The notes: a model not told the origin generated them from the letters alone. Positions 7,259 to 16,174 are shown, numbered from the stretch's first letter. The stretch is 19,009 nt of DNA from an uncultured Deinococcales bacterium (GCA_964244895.1 CAXTKV010000094.1:1-19009), one strand, 5' to 3'. Numbers and translations: made by a program.

Positions 7259-7309
7259 GTTTCGTTTTGCTTACGTTTTGTTGACAAAACGAAACCACGG
7301 CGGTATGAC
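7259..7309 (+). promoter_or_regulatory. Putative sigma70 promoter of the iol operon with overlapping operator
   Basis: TTGACA (7281-7286), 17 nt, TATGAC (7304-7309); 11-bp direct repeats TTTCGTTTTGC/TTACGTTTTGT and perfect inverted repeat GTTTCGTTTTG (7259-7269)/CAAAACGAAAC (7285-7295) overlap the -35. Confidence 0.7.
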
Positions 7310-7395
7310 CTAACCTGCAACTTGCGCGCCACATCCCACAACCGAAGAACAACGCGAACGCACGTTTCAACTCGCGCTCGAGAATAGAGGCGACC

Positions 7396-8202
7396 ATGAA
7401 TGAGCTGTACCTCAACGGCGCGACCATCATGACCACCCCCACGCCGCGCCAACTCGAGGTCGCGCTTCTGGCGGGCTTCACGGGTTTGGAGGTTCGTACC
7501 GCGAGGCTGTGCGGCCCGGAGAATGCACAGGAACTCAAAGAAACCCTCGATGCCGTCGAGTCCAGCGGCGCGAAAATCCTCAACATCGCCGATCTGGCGC
7601 TGCACACCAGGCCGGACGGCATCGTGGATCAGAAGCGGCTCGAGGCGGAACTGCCGGAAATCCTCGACCTGACCAACGCGCTCGGTACGCCGTACCTGGG
7701 GATCGTGCCGGTGCCCGCCGACGGCGTCAGCTTTGAACAGGTTCTGCCCTCCATGCGGGACGCGCTGGCCTACTGCCTGGAACAGGCCAGGCCGCGAGGC
7801 ATCAGGCTCGGCTTCGAGTTCCTGGGCTTCGCCAACGACCCCATCAACACGGCGGCCAAATGCGTCAGGCTGCTCGAGACCCTGCCCGAGATCGGTTTCG
7901 TGCCCGATTCGTGCCACGTCTACGCATCGCACAGCCATTTTTCAGAGATTCCCGCCGACCGCATCCCGTTCGTGCATTTCAACGATTGCGCCAGACCGCC
8001 ATCCTTCGAGATTCGGGACGGCGACCGCGTGCTGCCCGGAGACGGACGGATTCCGTTGCGCAGCTACCTGGCGGAACTGCGCGCTGGCGGATTCACCGGC
8101 CCGATCAGCCTCGAGACCTTCACGCCCAGCCTGTGGGCCGAAGATCCCGCGCAACTCGCGGTGCGCGCCTTCAAGCAGCTTCAGGCCATCGTCAACGCGT
8201 GA
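7396..8202 (+). CDS. Sugar phosphate isomerase/epimerase TIM barrel, IolI-like inosose isomerase
   Basis: Metal-binding motifs GFEFLG, DSCH, VHFND, DRVLPGDG, SLETF; first gene of the iol cluster. Confidence 0.8.
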   Translation: MNELYLNGATIMTTPTPRQLEVALLAGFTGLEVRTARLCGPENAQELKETLDAVESSGAKILNIADLALHTRPDGIVDQKRLEAELPEILDLTNALGTPYLGIVPVPADGVSFEQVLPSMRDALAYCLEQARPRGIRLGFEFLGFANDPINTAAKCVRLLETLPEIGFVPDSCHVYASHSHFSEIPADRIPFVHFNDCARPPSFEIRDGDRVLPGDGRIPLRSYLAELRAGGFTGPISLETFTPSLWAEDPAQLAVRAFKQLQAIVNA

Positions 8203-8230
8203 CCAAAATGTGTAAGAGAAAGGATCGGGC

Positions 8231-10111
8231 ATGAACACCATTCGACTCACCGTCGGGCAGGCCGTCGTGCGTTACCTGGCGAGCCAGTACGTCGAACGCG
8301 ACGGAACCGAACAGCGCTTCATCGCGGGCGTCTGGGGTATCTTCGGTCACGGCAACACCGCGGGCATCGGGCAGGCCTTAGAGGAATACGGCGATGGCCT
8401 GGGATTGCGCCACTACCGTCCGCAGAACGAGCAGGCGATGGTGCACACCGCCGCCGCCTACGCCAAGCACCTCAACCGATTGGGCACCTACGCCTGCGCG
8501 ACCAGCATCGGCCCCGGCGCGACCAACATGGTCACGGGCGCGGCGCTGGCCACGATCAACCGATTGCCGGTGTTGTTGCTGCCGTCCGATTACTTCGCCA
8601 ACCATTTCCCCGATCCGGTGCTGCAACAACTCGAGCACCCGTCCGAACGGGACGCGAGCGTCAACGATGCCTTCCGCAGCGTGTCGCGCTACTTCGACCG
8701 GATTTCAAGGCCCGAGCAGATCATCTCGAGTCTGCCCGAAGCCTTCCGCGTCCTGACCGATCCCGCCGAAACGGGCGCGGTCACGCTCAGTTTGTGCGAG
8801 GACGTGCAGACCGAAGCCTACGATTACCCGGTGGCGCTGTTCGAGCGCCGCGTCTGGCGCGTGCGCCGCCCCGTACCGGAACCCGAACTGATCGCGGAGG
8901 CGGCGCGTTTGATTCGCGCCGCCAAGAACCCGTTGATCGTGGCGGGCGGCGGCGTGACCTACTCCGGTGCCAACGCGGAACTCGAGCGGCTGGTGTCCGC
9001 TACGGGCATCGCCGTGGCGGAGACGCAGGCCAGCAAGGGCGTCCTGCCGTGGGATCACGCGCAGAACCTCGGGCTGGTCGGCACGCTCGGCACGACGGCG
9101 GCCAACCGGCTGGCGCGGGACGCCGATCTGGTGATCGCCATCGGCACGCGGTTGGCGGACTTCCCGACGGCCTCGAAGACCGCCTTCAGGAACCCCGACC
9201 TGAAGGTCATCGGCATCAACGTCGTGCCGATGGACGCGTACAAGTTCGGTGCGCTGCCCGTCGTGGCGGACGCCAGACGCGCGTTGCCCGCGTTGATCGA
9301 GGCGCTATCCGGTCACGCCGTCTCGAGCGAGTACCGCGCGCAGGTCGGCATCTGGAAGACCGAATGGGACGGCATTGTGGACGAATTGCGAGCCGTCAAG
9401 GAACCCGGCAACCTGGCGCAGGCCGAAGTCATCGGCATGGTCAACCAGGCGGCGGGCGGTCGCGGCGTGGTGATCTGCGCGGCGGGCAGCATGCCGGGCG
9501 ACCTGCCGAAACTCTGGCGCTCAGATGACCCGAAAAGTTACCACCTCGAGTACGGCTATTCCTGCATGGGCTACGAGATTCCCGCCGGGCTGGGCGTCAA
9601 GCTGGCCGAACCCGAGCGCGAGGTCTACGTCATGATCGGCGACGGCACGTACCTGATGATGAACTCGGAGATCGTGACCGCCGTGCAGGAGGGCTTGAAA
9701 CCGATCGTGATCGTGGTGGACAACCACGGCTACCAGAGCATCCACAGTCTGCAACGCAGCCAGGGCACGCCGCATTTCGGGCTGGAGTTGCGCTTCCGCG
9801 AGGAGAACGGTCGGCACGACGGGCCGTTCGTGCCGGTCAACTTTGCGATGCACGCCGAAGCCATGGGTGCGCGAGCCTGGAGCGCCACCACTGAGGCCGA
9901 GTTCCGCGCCGCGCTGGACGGCGCGAAAAAATCCGATCGCATCTCCGTGATTCACGTTCTGGTCGATCCCGAAAAACGCGTCGGCGGGTTTGAAAGCTGG
10001 TGGGACGCACCACCCGCCGCCGTATCCGGTGAAGCCAGCGTGCAGGAAGCCCGAGCCAAATACGAGGAGAACCTCGAGCATCAGCGCAAGTACGTCAGGG
10101 TCACAAAATGA
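8231..10111 (+). CDS. iolD: 3D-(3,5/4)-trihydroxycyclohexane-1,2-dione acylhydrolase (ThDP-dependent)
   Basis: IRLTVGQA, GIFGHGN, TSIGPGATN, PDPVLQQLE, YHLEYGYSCMGYEI, GDGTYLMM...DN ThDP motif, SWWD. Confidence 0.95.
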   Translation: MNTIRLTVGQAVVRYLASQYVERDGTEQRFIAGVWGIFGHGNTAGIGQALEEYGDGLGLRHYRPQNEQAMVHTAAAYAKHLNRLGTYACATSIGPGATNMVTGAALATINRLPVLLLPSDYFANHFPDPVLQQLEHPSERDASVNDAFRSVSRYFDRISRPEQIISSLPEAFRVLTDPAETGAVTLSLCEDVQTEAYDYPVALFERRVWRVRRPVPEPELIAEAARLIRAAKNPLIVAGGGVTYSGANAELERLVSATGIAVAETQASKGVLPWDHAQNLGLVGTLGTTAANRLARDADLVIAIGTRLADFPTASKTAFRNPDLKVIGINVVPMDAYKFGALPVVADARRALPALIEALSGHAVSSEYRAQVGIWKTEWDGIVDELRAVKEPGNLAQAEVIGMVNQAAGGRGVVICAAGSMPGDLPKLWRSDDPKSYHLEYGYSCMGYEIPAGLGVKLAEPEREVYVMIGDGTYLMMNSEIVTAVQEGLKPIVIVVDNHGYQSIHSLQRSQGTPHFGLELRFREENGRHDGPFVPVNFAMHAEAMGARAWSATTEAEFRAALDGAKKSDRISVIHVLVDPEKRVGGFESWWDAPPAAVSGEASVQEARAKYEENLEHQRKYVRVTK

Positions 10112-10126
10112 TTTCGCGTGTCACGA

Positions 10127-10214
10127 AAAACACCGTGCTGGACGCTGTTCTTGAGAGTACAAAAGACACTGTCCTGGACGGTGTTCCTAAAATCCTGACT
10201 TTTGAAAACACTGT
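10127..10214. repeat. Pair of 25-bp palindromic intergenic repeats plus half-site
   Basis: 10127-10151 AAAACACCGT-GCTGG-ACGCTGTTCT; 10163-10187 AAGACACTGT-CCTGG-ACGGTGTTCC; half-site AAAACACTGT at 10205-10214. Confidence 0.85.
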
Positions 10215-10223
10215 GAGGTACGC

Positions 10224-11150
10224 ATGATTCGTTTCGGCAACGCGCCGTGCTCGTGGGGCACGATCGAGGGCATCGGCTCGAGCATCCCTTACGCGCAGAT
10301 GCTCGACGAGTTGAAAGCTTCGGGCTACGAGGGCACGGAACTCGGGGATTTCGGTTACATGCCGACCGACGCGAGCGCCCTGAAACGCGAACTCGAGGCG
10401 CGATCCTTGACGATGCTCGGCGCGTACGAGGGCGTCTACCTGCGCGATGCCAGCACCCACGCGGACGGCGAGGCGCGCGTGCTGCGGAACGCGCGGTTAT
10501 TGAAAGCCGTCGCCTCGAGTGATCCCGACTCGCAACCCTTCGTGGTGCTGGCCGACGACCACTCAAAGGATCCGGTACGTTTTCAGAACGCCGGACGGAT
10601 CGCGCCCGAGATGATGCTGTCCGACGCCGACTGGCAGACCTTCGCGGTGGGCGCGAACCGCATCGCTCGAGCCGTCAAAGACGAGACGGGTTTGAAGGTC
10701 GTGTTCCACCACCACTGCGCCGGGTACGTCGAAACCCCCGACGAGATCGCTCGATTGCTCGAGCTGACCGACCCGGAACTGATCGGTCTGGTTTTTGACA
10801 CCGGTCATTACCTTTACGGTTCCGGCACGAACGAGGCTGACATCGTGCTGGACGGCCTGAACCGCTTCAAAAATCGGATCTGGTACGTGCATTTCAAGGA
10901 CTGCCAGCCGGAAGTCGCCAGCCGCGCCCGACGCGAGCATTTCAACTACAACCAATCCATCGGCGCGGGCGTGTTCTGCGAACTCGGAGCCGGTGTCGTG
11001 CCGTTCCAAAGCGTGCTCGGCTGGTTGAACGCCACCGATTACGCGGGATGGATCACGATCGAACAGGACGTGCTGCCCGGCATGGGCGAACCCCGCGAGA
11101 GCGCCCAGCGCAACCGCGAGTACATCGCCAGGATCGCGGGTGAATCGTGA
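10224..11150 (+). CDS. iolE: myo-inosose-2 dehydratase
   Basis: GNAPCSWG, GYEGTELG, FHHHCAGYVET, FDTGH, VHFKD, FCELGAG, IEQD; located between iolD and iolC. Confidence 0.85.
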   Translation: MIRFGNAPCSWGTIEGIGSSIPYAQMLDELKASGYEGTELGDFGYMPTDASALKRELEARSLTMLGAYEGVYLRDASTHADGEARVLRNARLLKAVASSDPDSQPFVVLADDHSKDPVRFQNAGRIAPEMMLSDADWQTFAVGANRIARAVKDETGLKVVFHHHCAGYVETPDEIARLLELTDPELIGLVFDTGHYLYGSGTNEADIVLDGLNRFKNRIWYVHFKDCQPEVASRARREHFNYNQSIGAGVFCELGAGVVPFQSVLGWLNATDYAGWITIEQDVLPGMGEPRESAQRNREYIARIAGES

Positions 11151-11172
11151 ATTCGACGCGCCCGACCGCACC

Positions 11173-11222
11173 AGAACACCGTCTGGGACGCGAATTTGAC
11201 CACGCGTCCCAGACGGTGTTCT
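11173..11222. repeat. Two repeat units forming a perfect 20-bp inverted repeat (REPIN-like hairpin)
   Basis: AGAACACCGTCTGGGACGCG (11173-11192), 10-nt loop, CGCGTCCCAGACGGTGTTCT (11203-11222), ending in CTCGAG. Confidence 0.9.
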
Positions 11223-11269
11223 CGAGGGTCGACCCGAAGTCTCCCCTGCTCGAGACGCCTTCCCGATCT

Positions 11270-11304
11270 TCCTCGCGGCTCGAGGCTCACGGCTCGCGGC
11301 TGCC
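11270..11304 (+). repeat. Degenerate heptamer tandem repeat
   Basis: TCCTCGC GGCTCGA GGCTCAC GGCTCGC GGCTGCC. Confidence 0.75.
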
Positions 11305-11322
11305 CTCTGTGGTGATCCCCTC

Positions 11323-12348
11323 GTGAGCTTCACGCACGATCTGGTCACGCTCGGACGCTCGAGCATCGACCTGTACTCGAACGACATCGGCCAGCCCTTC
11401 GTGAACGTCAAAAGTTTCGGCGCGTACCTGGGTGGCAGCCCGTTGAACATCGCGGTCGGCGCGCGGCGCTTGGGTTTGCGGGTCGCACTTTTAACGGCGG
11501 TCGGTCAGGATCAGACCGGGGACTTCATCCTGCACGGCCTGAAGCGCGAGGGCGTGGACACGCGCTTCATCCCCGTCAAGGGTGACGCCCGCACCAGCGC
11601 GGTCGTGCTGGGCATCGAGCCGCCGGACAAGTTCCCGATCACCTTCTACCGGGAAAACGCGGCGGACATCCAGTTCAGCATCGACGATGCCATCGCCGCG
11701 CCGATCCAGACGACCCGAGCGCTCCAGGTGTCCGGCACGGCGCTCGCGAAGGAACCCGCGCGCAGCGCGACCTTCTTCGCGGCGGAACGCGCCAAAGCAG
11801 CCGGTGCGAGCGTCTACCTGGACATCGACTTCCGCGCCAACCAGTGGCACGACCCGCGCGCCTTCGGCGTCAACCTGCGCGCGCTCCTGCCGATGGTGGA
11901 CGTGGCCTTCGGCACGGAAGAAGAAATCAACGCCGCCATGCTGCGCGATCCGTCCGACATCACGATCCGCGACAGCCAGATCACCGCGCCGGAAATCAGG
12001 GGCGACGTGAAAGCCAATACGGACGCGCTCTTGGAGCGCCTGCCCGCCCACGGTGCGCTGGTCGTCAAGAGCGGCGCGAACGGCGCGACCGTCCACGCCA
12101 AAACACCCACTGGCCTCGAGACGATTCACGCGCCCGGATTTCGGGTCGAAGTTCTGTCCGTCCTGGGCGCGGGCGACGCGTTCGCGGCGGGGTTCATCTT
12201 CGGGCGCTTGCAGGGCTGGGACTGGTTCAAGAGCGCCCGCATGGGCAACGCCTGCGGCGCAATCGTCGTGACGCGCATCGGGTGCGCGGATTTCGCGCCG
12301 TACCTCGATGAGACGCTCGAGTTCATCGCCTCGCACGGAGGGTTCTGA
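11323..12348 (+). CDS. iolC: 5-dehydro-2-deoxygluconokinase (PfkB family)
   Basis: LGRSSIDLY, YLGGSPLNIAVGARRLG, LDIDFR, VLGAGDAFAAGF, NACGAIVVTR.GC. Confidence 0.95.
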   Translation: MSFTHDLVTLGRSSIDLYSNDIGQPFVNVKSFGAYLGGSPLNIAVGARRLGLRVALLTAVGQDQTGDFILHGLKREGVDTRFIPVKGDARTSAVVLGIEPPDKFPITFYRENAADIQFSIDDAIAAPIQTTRALQVSGTALAKEPARSATFFAAERAKAAGASVYLDIDFRANQWHDPRAFGVNLRALLPMVDVAFGTEEEINAAMLRDPSDITIRDSQITAPEIRGDVKANTDALLERLPAHGALVVKSGANGATVHAKTPTGLETIHAPGFRVEVLSVLGAGDAFAAGFIFGRLQGWDWFKSARMGNACGAIVVTRIGCADFAPYLDETLEFIASHGGF

Positions 12349-12434
12349 TGGTCACTCGCTCGAGATGCGAGGCATCGTTCCCGACGGAGGGCGAATACAA
12401 GATTCACTACGGGAACGGTTGAGAGGATCGCGTA

Positions 12435-12494
12435 AGAACACCGTCCCACACGGTGTTCTCGAGAATCAAAATCGTGTGTGCTAGACGGTATCCC
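12435..12494. repeat. Pair of 25-bp palindromic intergenic repeats
   Basis: Perfect 12435-12459 AGAACACCGT-CCCAC-ACGGTGTTCT; degenerate 12470-12494 AATCGTGTGT-GCTAG-ACGGTATCCC; a weak unit also at 12369-12393. Confidence 0.8.
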
Positions 12495-12529
12495 CATTTC
12501 GATTCATTCAGAAAACTGAGGTGGCAGAC

Positions 12530-13555
12530 ATGAAAACGTTCGGTGTGGCCTTGCTGGGCGCGGGAAGAATGGGCGTGGAGCACGCCAGAAACCTGATCGG
12601 GATTTCGTCGGCGCGCTTGCTGGCGGTCGGTGATCCGTTCCTCGAGAATGCCGAAAAAGCCGTGGCCTCGACGCGGGCGGAGAAAGCCTACGCCGATGCG
12701 GAAGCCGCCATTCACCATCCCGGCGTGGATGCCGTGGTGATCGTCACGCCGACGAACACGCACGCGGATTTGATCGAGGTCGCGGCGCGTGCCGGCAAAG
12801 CGATTTTCTGCGAGAAGCCCGTGGCGCTCGAGTTGGAACGCACCGTGCGGGCGCTCGAGGTCGTGCGCCAGAACAACGTGCCATTCCAGATCGGTTTCAA
12901 TCGGCGTTTCGATCCGCCGTACGCGCTGGCCAAACGCAAACTTCAGGCGGGAGAACTGGGCGAGATCGAGCAGTTCATTTCCGTGATGCGAGACCCGTCG
13001 CCGCCGCCGTTGGAGTACCTGAAAATTTCGGGCGGCATGTTCATCGATCAGTCGATTCACGAACTGGACTGCGCGCGCTTCTTGGTCGGCGAGGTCGAGG
13101 AATTGAGCGCCTGGGGCGCGGCGTTGGTCGACCCGGCCATCGGTGAACTGGGCGACGTGGACACGGGCATGATCTCGTTGCGATTCAAGAACGGGGCGCT
13201 CGGCGTGATTCAGAATTCCAGGCGTTCGACCTTCGGCTACGACGTTCGCACGGAAGTCTTCGGTTCAAAGGGCAAGCTCGTCATGGATGCCACGCCGAAA
13301 ACGCCCCTGACGCAGTACGGCGCTGGTTCCACTTCGCGCGAGGGGCGGCTCGAGTCGGATCATTTTCACTTCTTCATGGATCGGTTCAAGGACGCGTACC
13401 GGCTCGAGATCGAGGCGTTTTTCAGTTGCCTCGAGACGGGTGCATCGACCACGCCGAGCGCGGTGGATGCGCTGGAATCCTTGCGGTTGGGCGTGGCGGC
13501 GACGCTCAGTTTCCGCGAGAAACGTTCCGTCAAACTCTCGGAAGTCACGGCGTGA
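12530..13555 (+). CDS. iolG: Inositol 2-dehydrogenase (Gfo/Idh/MocA family)
   Basis: GAGRMG, CEKP, QIGFNRRFD, SGGMFIDQSIHELD, GYDVRTEVFG; SD GAGGTG favours ATG 12530 over GTG 12521. Confidence 0.88.
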   Translation: MKTFGVALLGAGRMGVEHARNLIGISSARLLAVGDPFLENAEKAVASTRAEKAYADAEAAIHHPGVDAVVIVTPTNTHADLIEVAARAGKAIFCEKPVALELERTVRALEVVRQNNVPFQIGFNRRFDPPYALAKRKLQAGELGEIEQFISVMRDPSPPPLEYLKISGGMFIDQSIHELDCARFLVGEVEELSAWGAALVDPAIGELGDVDTGMISLRFKNGALGVIQNSRRSTFGYDVRTEVFGSKGKLVMDATPKTPLTQYGAGSTSREGRLESDHFHFFMDRFKDAYRLEIEAFFSCLETGASTTPSAVDALESLRLGVAATLSFREKRSVKLSEVTA

Positions 13556-14559
13556 AAGACACCATCGGCGTGGCTCTGATCGGCGCGGGCCGCATGGGTC
13601 TGACGCACGCGCGAACCATCGCGGGTCTCTCGAGCGCGCGCGTTCTGGTCGTGGCGGATGCCGTGCCGGGGGCCGCAGAGCGCGGTCGGGCCGCCTGCCG
13701 CGCGGAACGCGCCGTCACGGATTTCATGGAGGCGATCAACGCGCCCGGTGTGGACGCCGTCGTGATCGTCACGACGACCGACACGCACGCACACCTGATC
13801 CAGAAGGCGGCGCGGGCGGGCAAGGCCGTCTGGTGCGAGAAACCCATCGCGTTGACGCTGGCGGACACGCGAGAAACCATCGCGGTGCTCGAGGAAACCG
13901 GCGTGCCGTGCCAGATCGGGTTCATGCGCCGTTTCGATCCGGGCTACGCCAGGGCGAAGGAGATGATCGAGCACGGCGAACTGGGCGCGCTCGAAACCTT
14001 CCGGGCGCTCGGGCGCGACACGTACCTGCCCAACCCAAGTTTTCTTGCAGGCAGCGGCGGCACCTTCCTGGACATGAGCGTCCACGATTTCGACCTGGCG
14101 CGCTTCCTGATCGGCGAGGTCGAGGAAGTCAGCGCCTGGGGCGCAGTCAGAATTGACCAGATGTTCGCGGATGCCGACGACGTGGACACGACCGTCTGCA
14201 TGTTGCGCTTTTCAAACGGTGTCCTGGGCGTGGTGGAAAACTCCAGGAAATCGAACTGGGGTTACGACATCCGCACGGAAATCGCGGGTTCCAGATCGAA
14301 GGTCGTGATCGAGGCGGGCCGCAAGACGCCGATCCAGACCTTCACGAATTTCAGCGTCCAAAACGATGTCTTTGAGCTTTTCCCGGATCGTTTCGAGCAG
14401 GCGTACCGCCTGCAACTCGAGGCGTTCTTCGAAGCGTTGCTGAAGGGCAAGAAACCCAGCCCCGGCCCCCAGGATGCGCTCGAGACGCTGCGCTTGTCCT
14501 TGGCCGCGCGGCAAAGCTGGCGCGAGGGTCGGCCCGTCAACGTCAAGGAGGTCATATGA
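13552..14559 (+). CDS. Second Gfo/Idh/MocA inositol dehydrogenase paralogue
   Basis: GAGRMG, CEKP, QIGFMRRFD, SGGTFLDMSVHDFD, GYDIRTEI; GTG 13552 overlaps the upstream TGA. Confidence 0.88.
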   Translation: MKDTIGVALIGAGRMGLTHARTIAGLSSARVLVVADAVPGAAERGRAACRAERAVTDFMEAINAPGVDAVVIVTTTDTHAHLIQKAARAGKAVWCEKPIALTLADTRETIAVLEETGVPCQIGFMRRFDPGYARAKEMIEHGELGALETFRALGRDTYLPNPSFLAGSGGTFLDMSVHDFDLARFLIGEVEEVSAWGAVRIDQMFADADDVDTTVCMLRFSNGVLGVVENSRKSNWGYDIRTEIAGSRSKVVIEAGRKTPIQTFTNFSVQNDVFELFPDRFEQAYRLQLEAFFEALLKGKKPSPGPQDALETLRLSLAARQSWREGRPVNVKEVI

Positions 14560-15377
14560 AACTTCATTTTCCCGCCAAGTCCGGTACGGGCGTGCTGCAC
14601 GAGGTCAATCCGCACATCGCGGGCTGGCAGTACCTGTCTTTCAAGGTCGTAGCGCTGTCCGCCGGGCAGACGCACCACGGGAACACGGGCGGCGATGAGG
14701 AGATGATCGTATTTCTTTCGGGGTCGGCTCGAGCCAAGGCTGGCGGGCAGGATTTCGAGATCGTGGGCAGAAAAAGCGTCTTCGACGGTCTGCCGCACGA
14801 ACTGTATTTACCGCCTGGAACGGCGTATTCCGTCACGGCAACGACCGATCTGGAGTTCTCGACGGGCGGCGCACCCGCCGCCGGGAAATTCCCGATCCGC
14901 CTGTACGGCCCCAAAGATTTCACCGTGGAAATGCGCGGCGGCGCGAACGTCTCGCGGGCGGTCACGCACCTGACGGGCGCTGGCGTGGACGTGGAAAAAC
15001 TATTTCTGTTCGAGGTCTACACGCCATCAGGCAACTGGTCGGGCTTCCCTCCGCACCGCCACGACGGACGCATGGGCAGCAGCTACCTGGAAGAAACGTA
15101 TTACTTCAAGATCGCGCCAACGGACGGCTTCGGCGTGTTCCGCGTCTACACCGGCGACACCGATCTGGACGAGGTCATGATCACCAGGGACGGCGATCTG
15201 GTGATCGTGCCGGAGGGCTACCATCCGGGGGCGACCGCGCCTGGATCGAATCTGTACTTCCTGAATTACCTGGCGGGCGAAAACCGCGAATACACCGTCG
15301 TCAACGATCCCGCCTTCGATTGGGTCGCGCGCGACTGGGCGGGCAAACCGATTCAATTGCCGTTCAAGGCGGAGTGA
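14556..15377 (+). CDS. iolB: 5-deoxy-glucuronate isomerase (KduI/IolB family)
   Basis: EVYTPSGNWSGFPPHRHD, LEETYYF, VPEGYHP, YFLNYLAG; SD AAGGAGG; ATGA overlap. Confidence 0.95.
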   Translation: MKLHFPAKSGTGVLHEVNPHIAGWQYLSFKVVALSAGQTHHGNTGGDEEMIVFLSGSARAKAGGQDFEIVGRKSVFDGLPHELYLPPGTAYSVTATTDLEFSTGGAPAAGKFPIRLYGPKDFTVEMRGGANVSRAVTHLTGAGVDVEKLFLFEVYTPSGNWSGFPPHRHDGRMGSSYLEETYYFKIAPTDGFGVFRVYTGDTDLDEVMITRDGDLVIVPEGYHPGATAPGSNLYFLNYLAGENREYTVVNDPAFDWVARDWAGKPIQLPFKAE

Positions 15378-16153
15378 ACAACGTGCGCACCGAGGAGCGC
15401 CGCACCGCGATTCTCGAATTGCTCGAGCGTCAAAACACCGTGCAGGTCGAGGAACTTTCACGGCAGTTCGAGGTGTCTCTGGTCACGATCCGAAAGGATC
15501 TGACCGACCTGGAATCGCGCGGGCTTTTGCGGCGCACGCACGGCGGCGCGACGCCCGCCCACAAGAGCCTCTGGAACCCGTCCTTCCGCGAGAAACTGCA
15601 CCTGCACGACGCCAGCAAGGACGCGATCGCGCACGCGGCCCTGGCGCACATCGAGGATGGCGACACGCTGATCCTGGATGCGGGTTCGACCACGCTGCAA
15701 CTGGCGCGCAAGCTCCGGGGGCGCTTTCAATCGTTGTTCGTGCTGACGAATTCCATGCCGATCGCGCTGGAACTTTCAGACACGCCCTTCGAGGTGCTGG
15801 TGCTGGGCGGTCAGATGCGCCACCACAGCATGGCCTTGATCGGCCCCGCTTCCGCCTTCGTCCTGGAGGCGTACCACGCGGACAAGGCGTTCATCGGTGC
15901 GACCGGCGTGTCGTTGGCGCAGGGGTACACCACGCCCAACCCGTTCGAGGCGCAGACGAAATCCGCGATGGTGCGCGCTGCGGATCGCGTGTTTGCGCTG
16001 GTCGATTCCAGCAAGCTGGGTCGGGCGACCCTGGCGAGCTTCGCGCCCTTAGAGGACGTGGAGGTACTGATCACGGACACGGATGCACCCCCGGATTTCC
16101 TGCGCGGGCTCGAGGCTCGCCGGATGGCGTTCGCGCTGGCGGGGAATCGTTGA
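15374..16153 (+). CDS. DeoR/GlpR-family transcriptional regulator (probable inositol operon repressor)
   Basis: ERRTAIL...VSLVTIRKDLTDLE...RTHGGA HTH; LDAGSTT, LTNS, DKAFIG, DSSK. Start GTG 15374 (GTGA overlap) or GTG 15383. Confidence 0.92.
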   Translation: MNNVRTEERRTAILELLERQNTVQVEELSRQFEVSLVTIRKDLTDLESRGLLRRTHGGATPAHKSLWNPSFREKLHLHDASKDAIAHAALAHIEDGDTLILDAGSTTLQLARKLRGRFQSLFVLTNSMPIALELSDTPFEVLVLGGQMRHHSMALIGPASAFVLEAYHADKAFIGATGVSLAQGYTTPNPFEAQTKSAMVRAADRVFALVDSSKLGRATLASFAPLEDVEVLITDTDAPPDFLRGLEARRMAFALAGNR

Positions 16154-16174
16154 ATGGTGGCTCGAGAACCCAGG

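Noticed and set aside
13426..13551. Longer start for the second dehydrogenase (similarly 15320 for DeoR and 18073 for the membrane protein)
   Set aside because: Would overlap upstream genes or lack an RBS; GTGA-coupled or SD-supported starts fit the family N-termini better.
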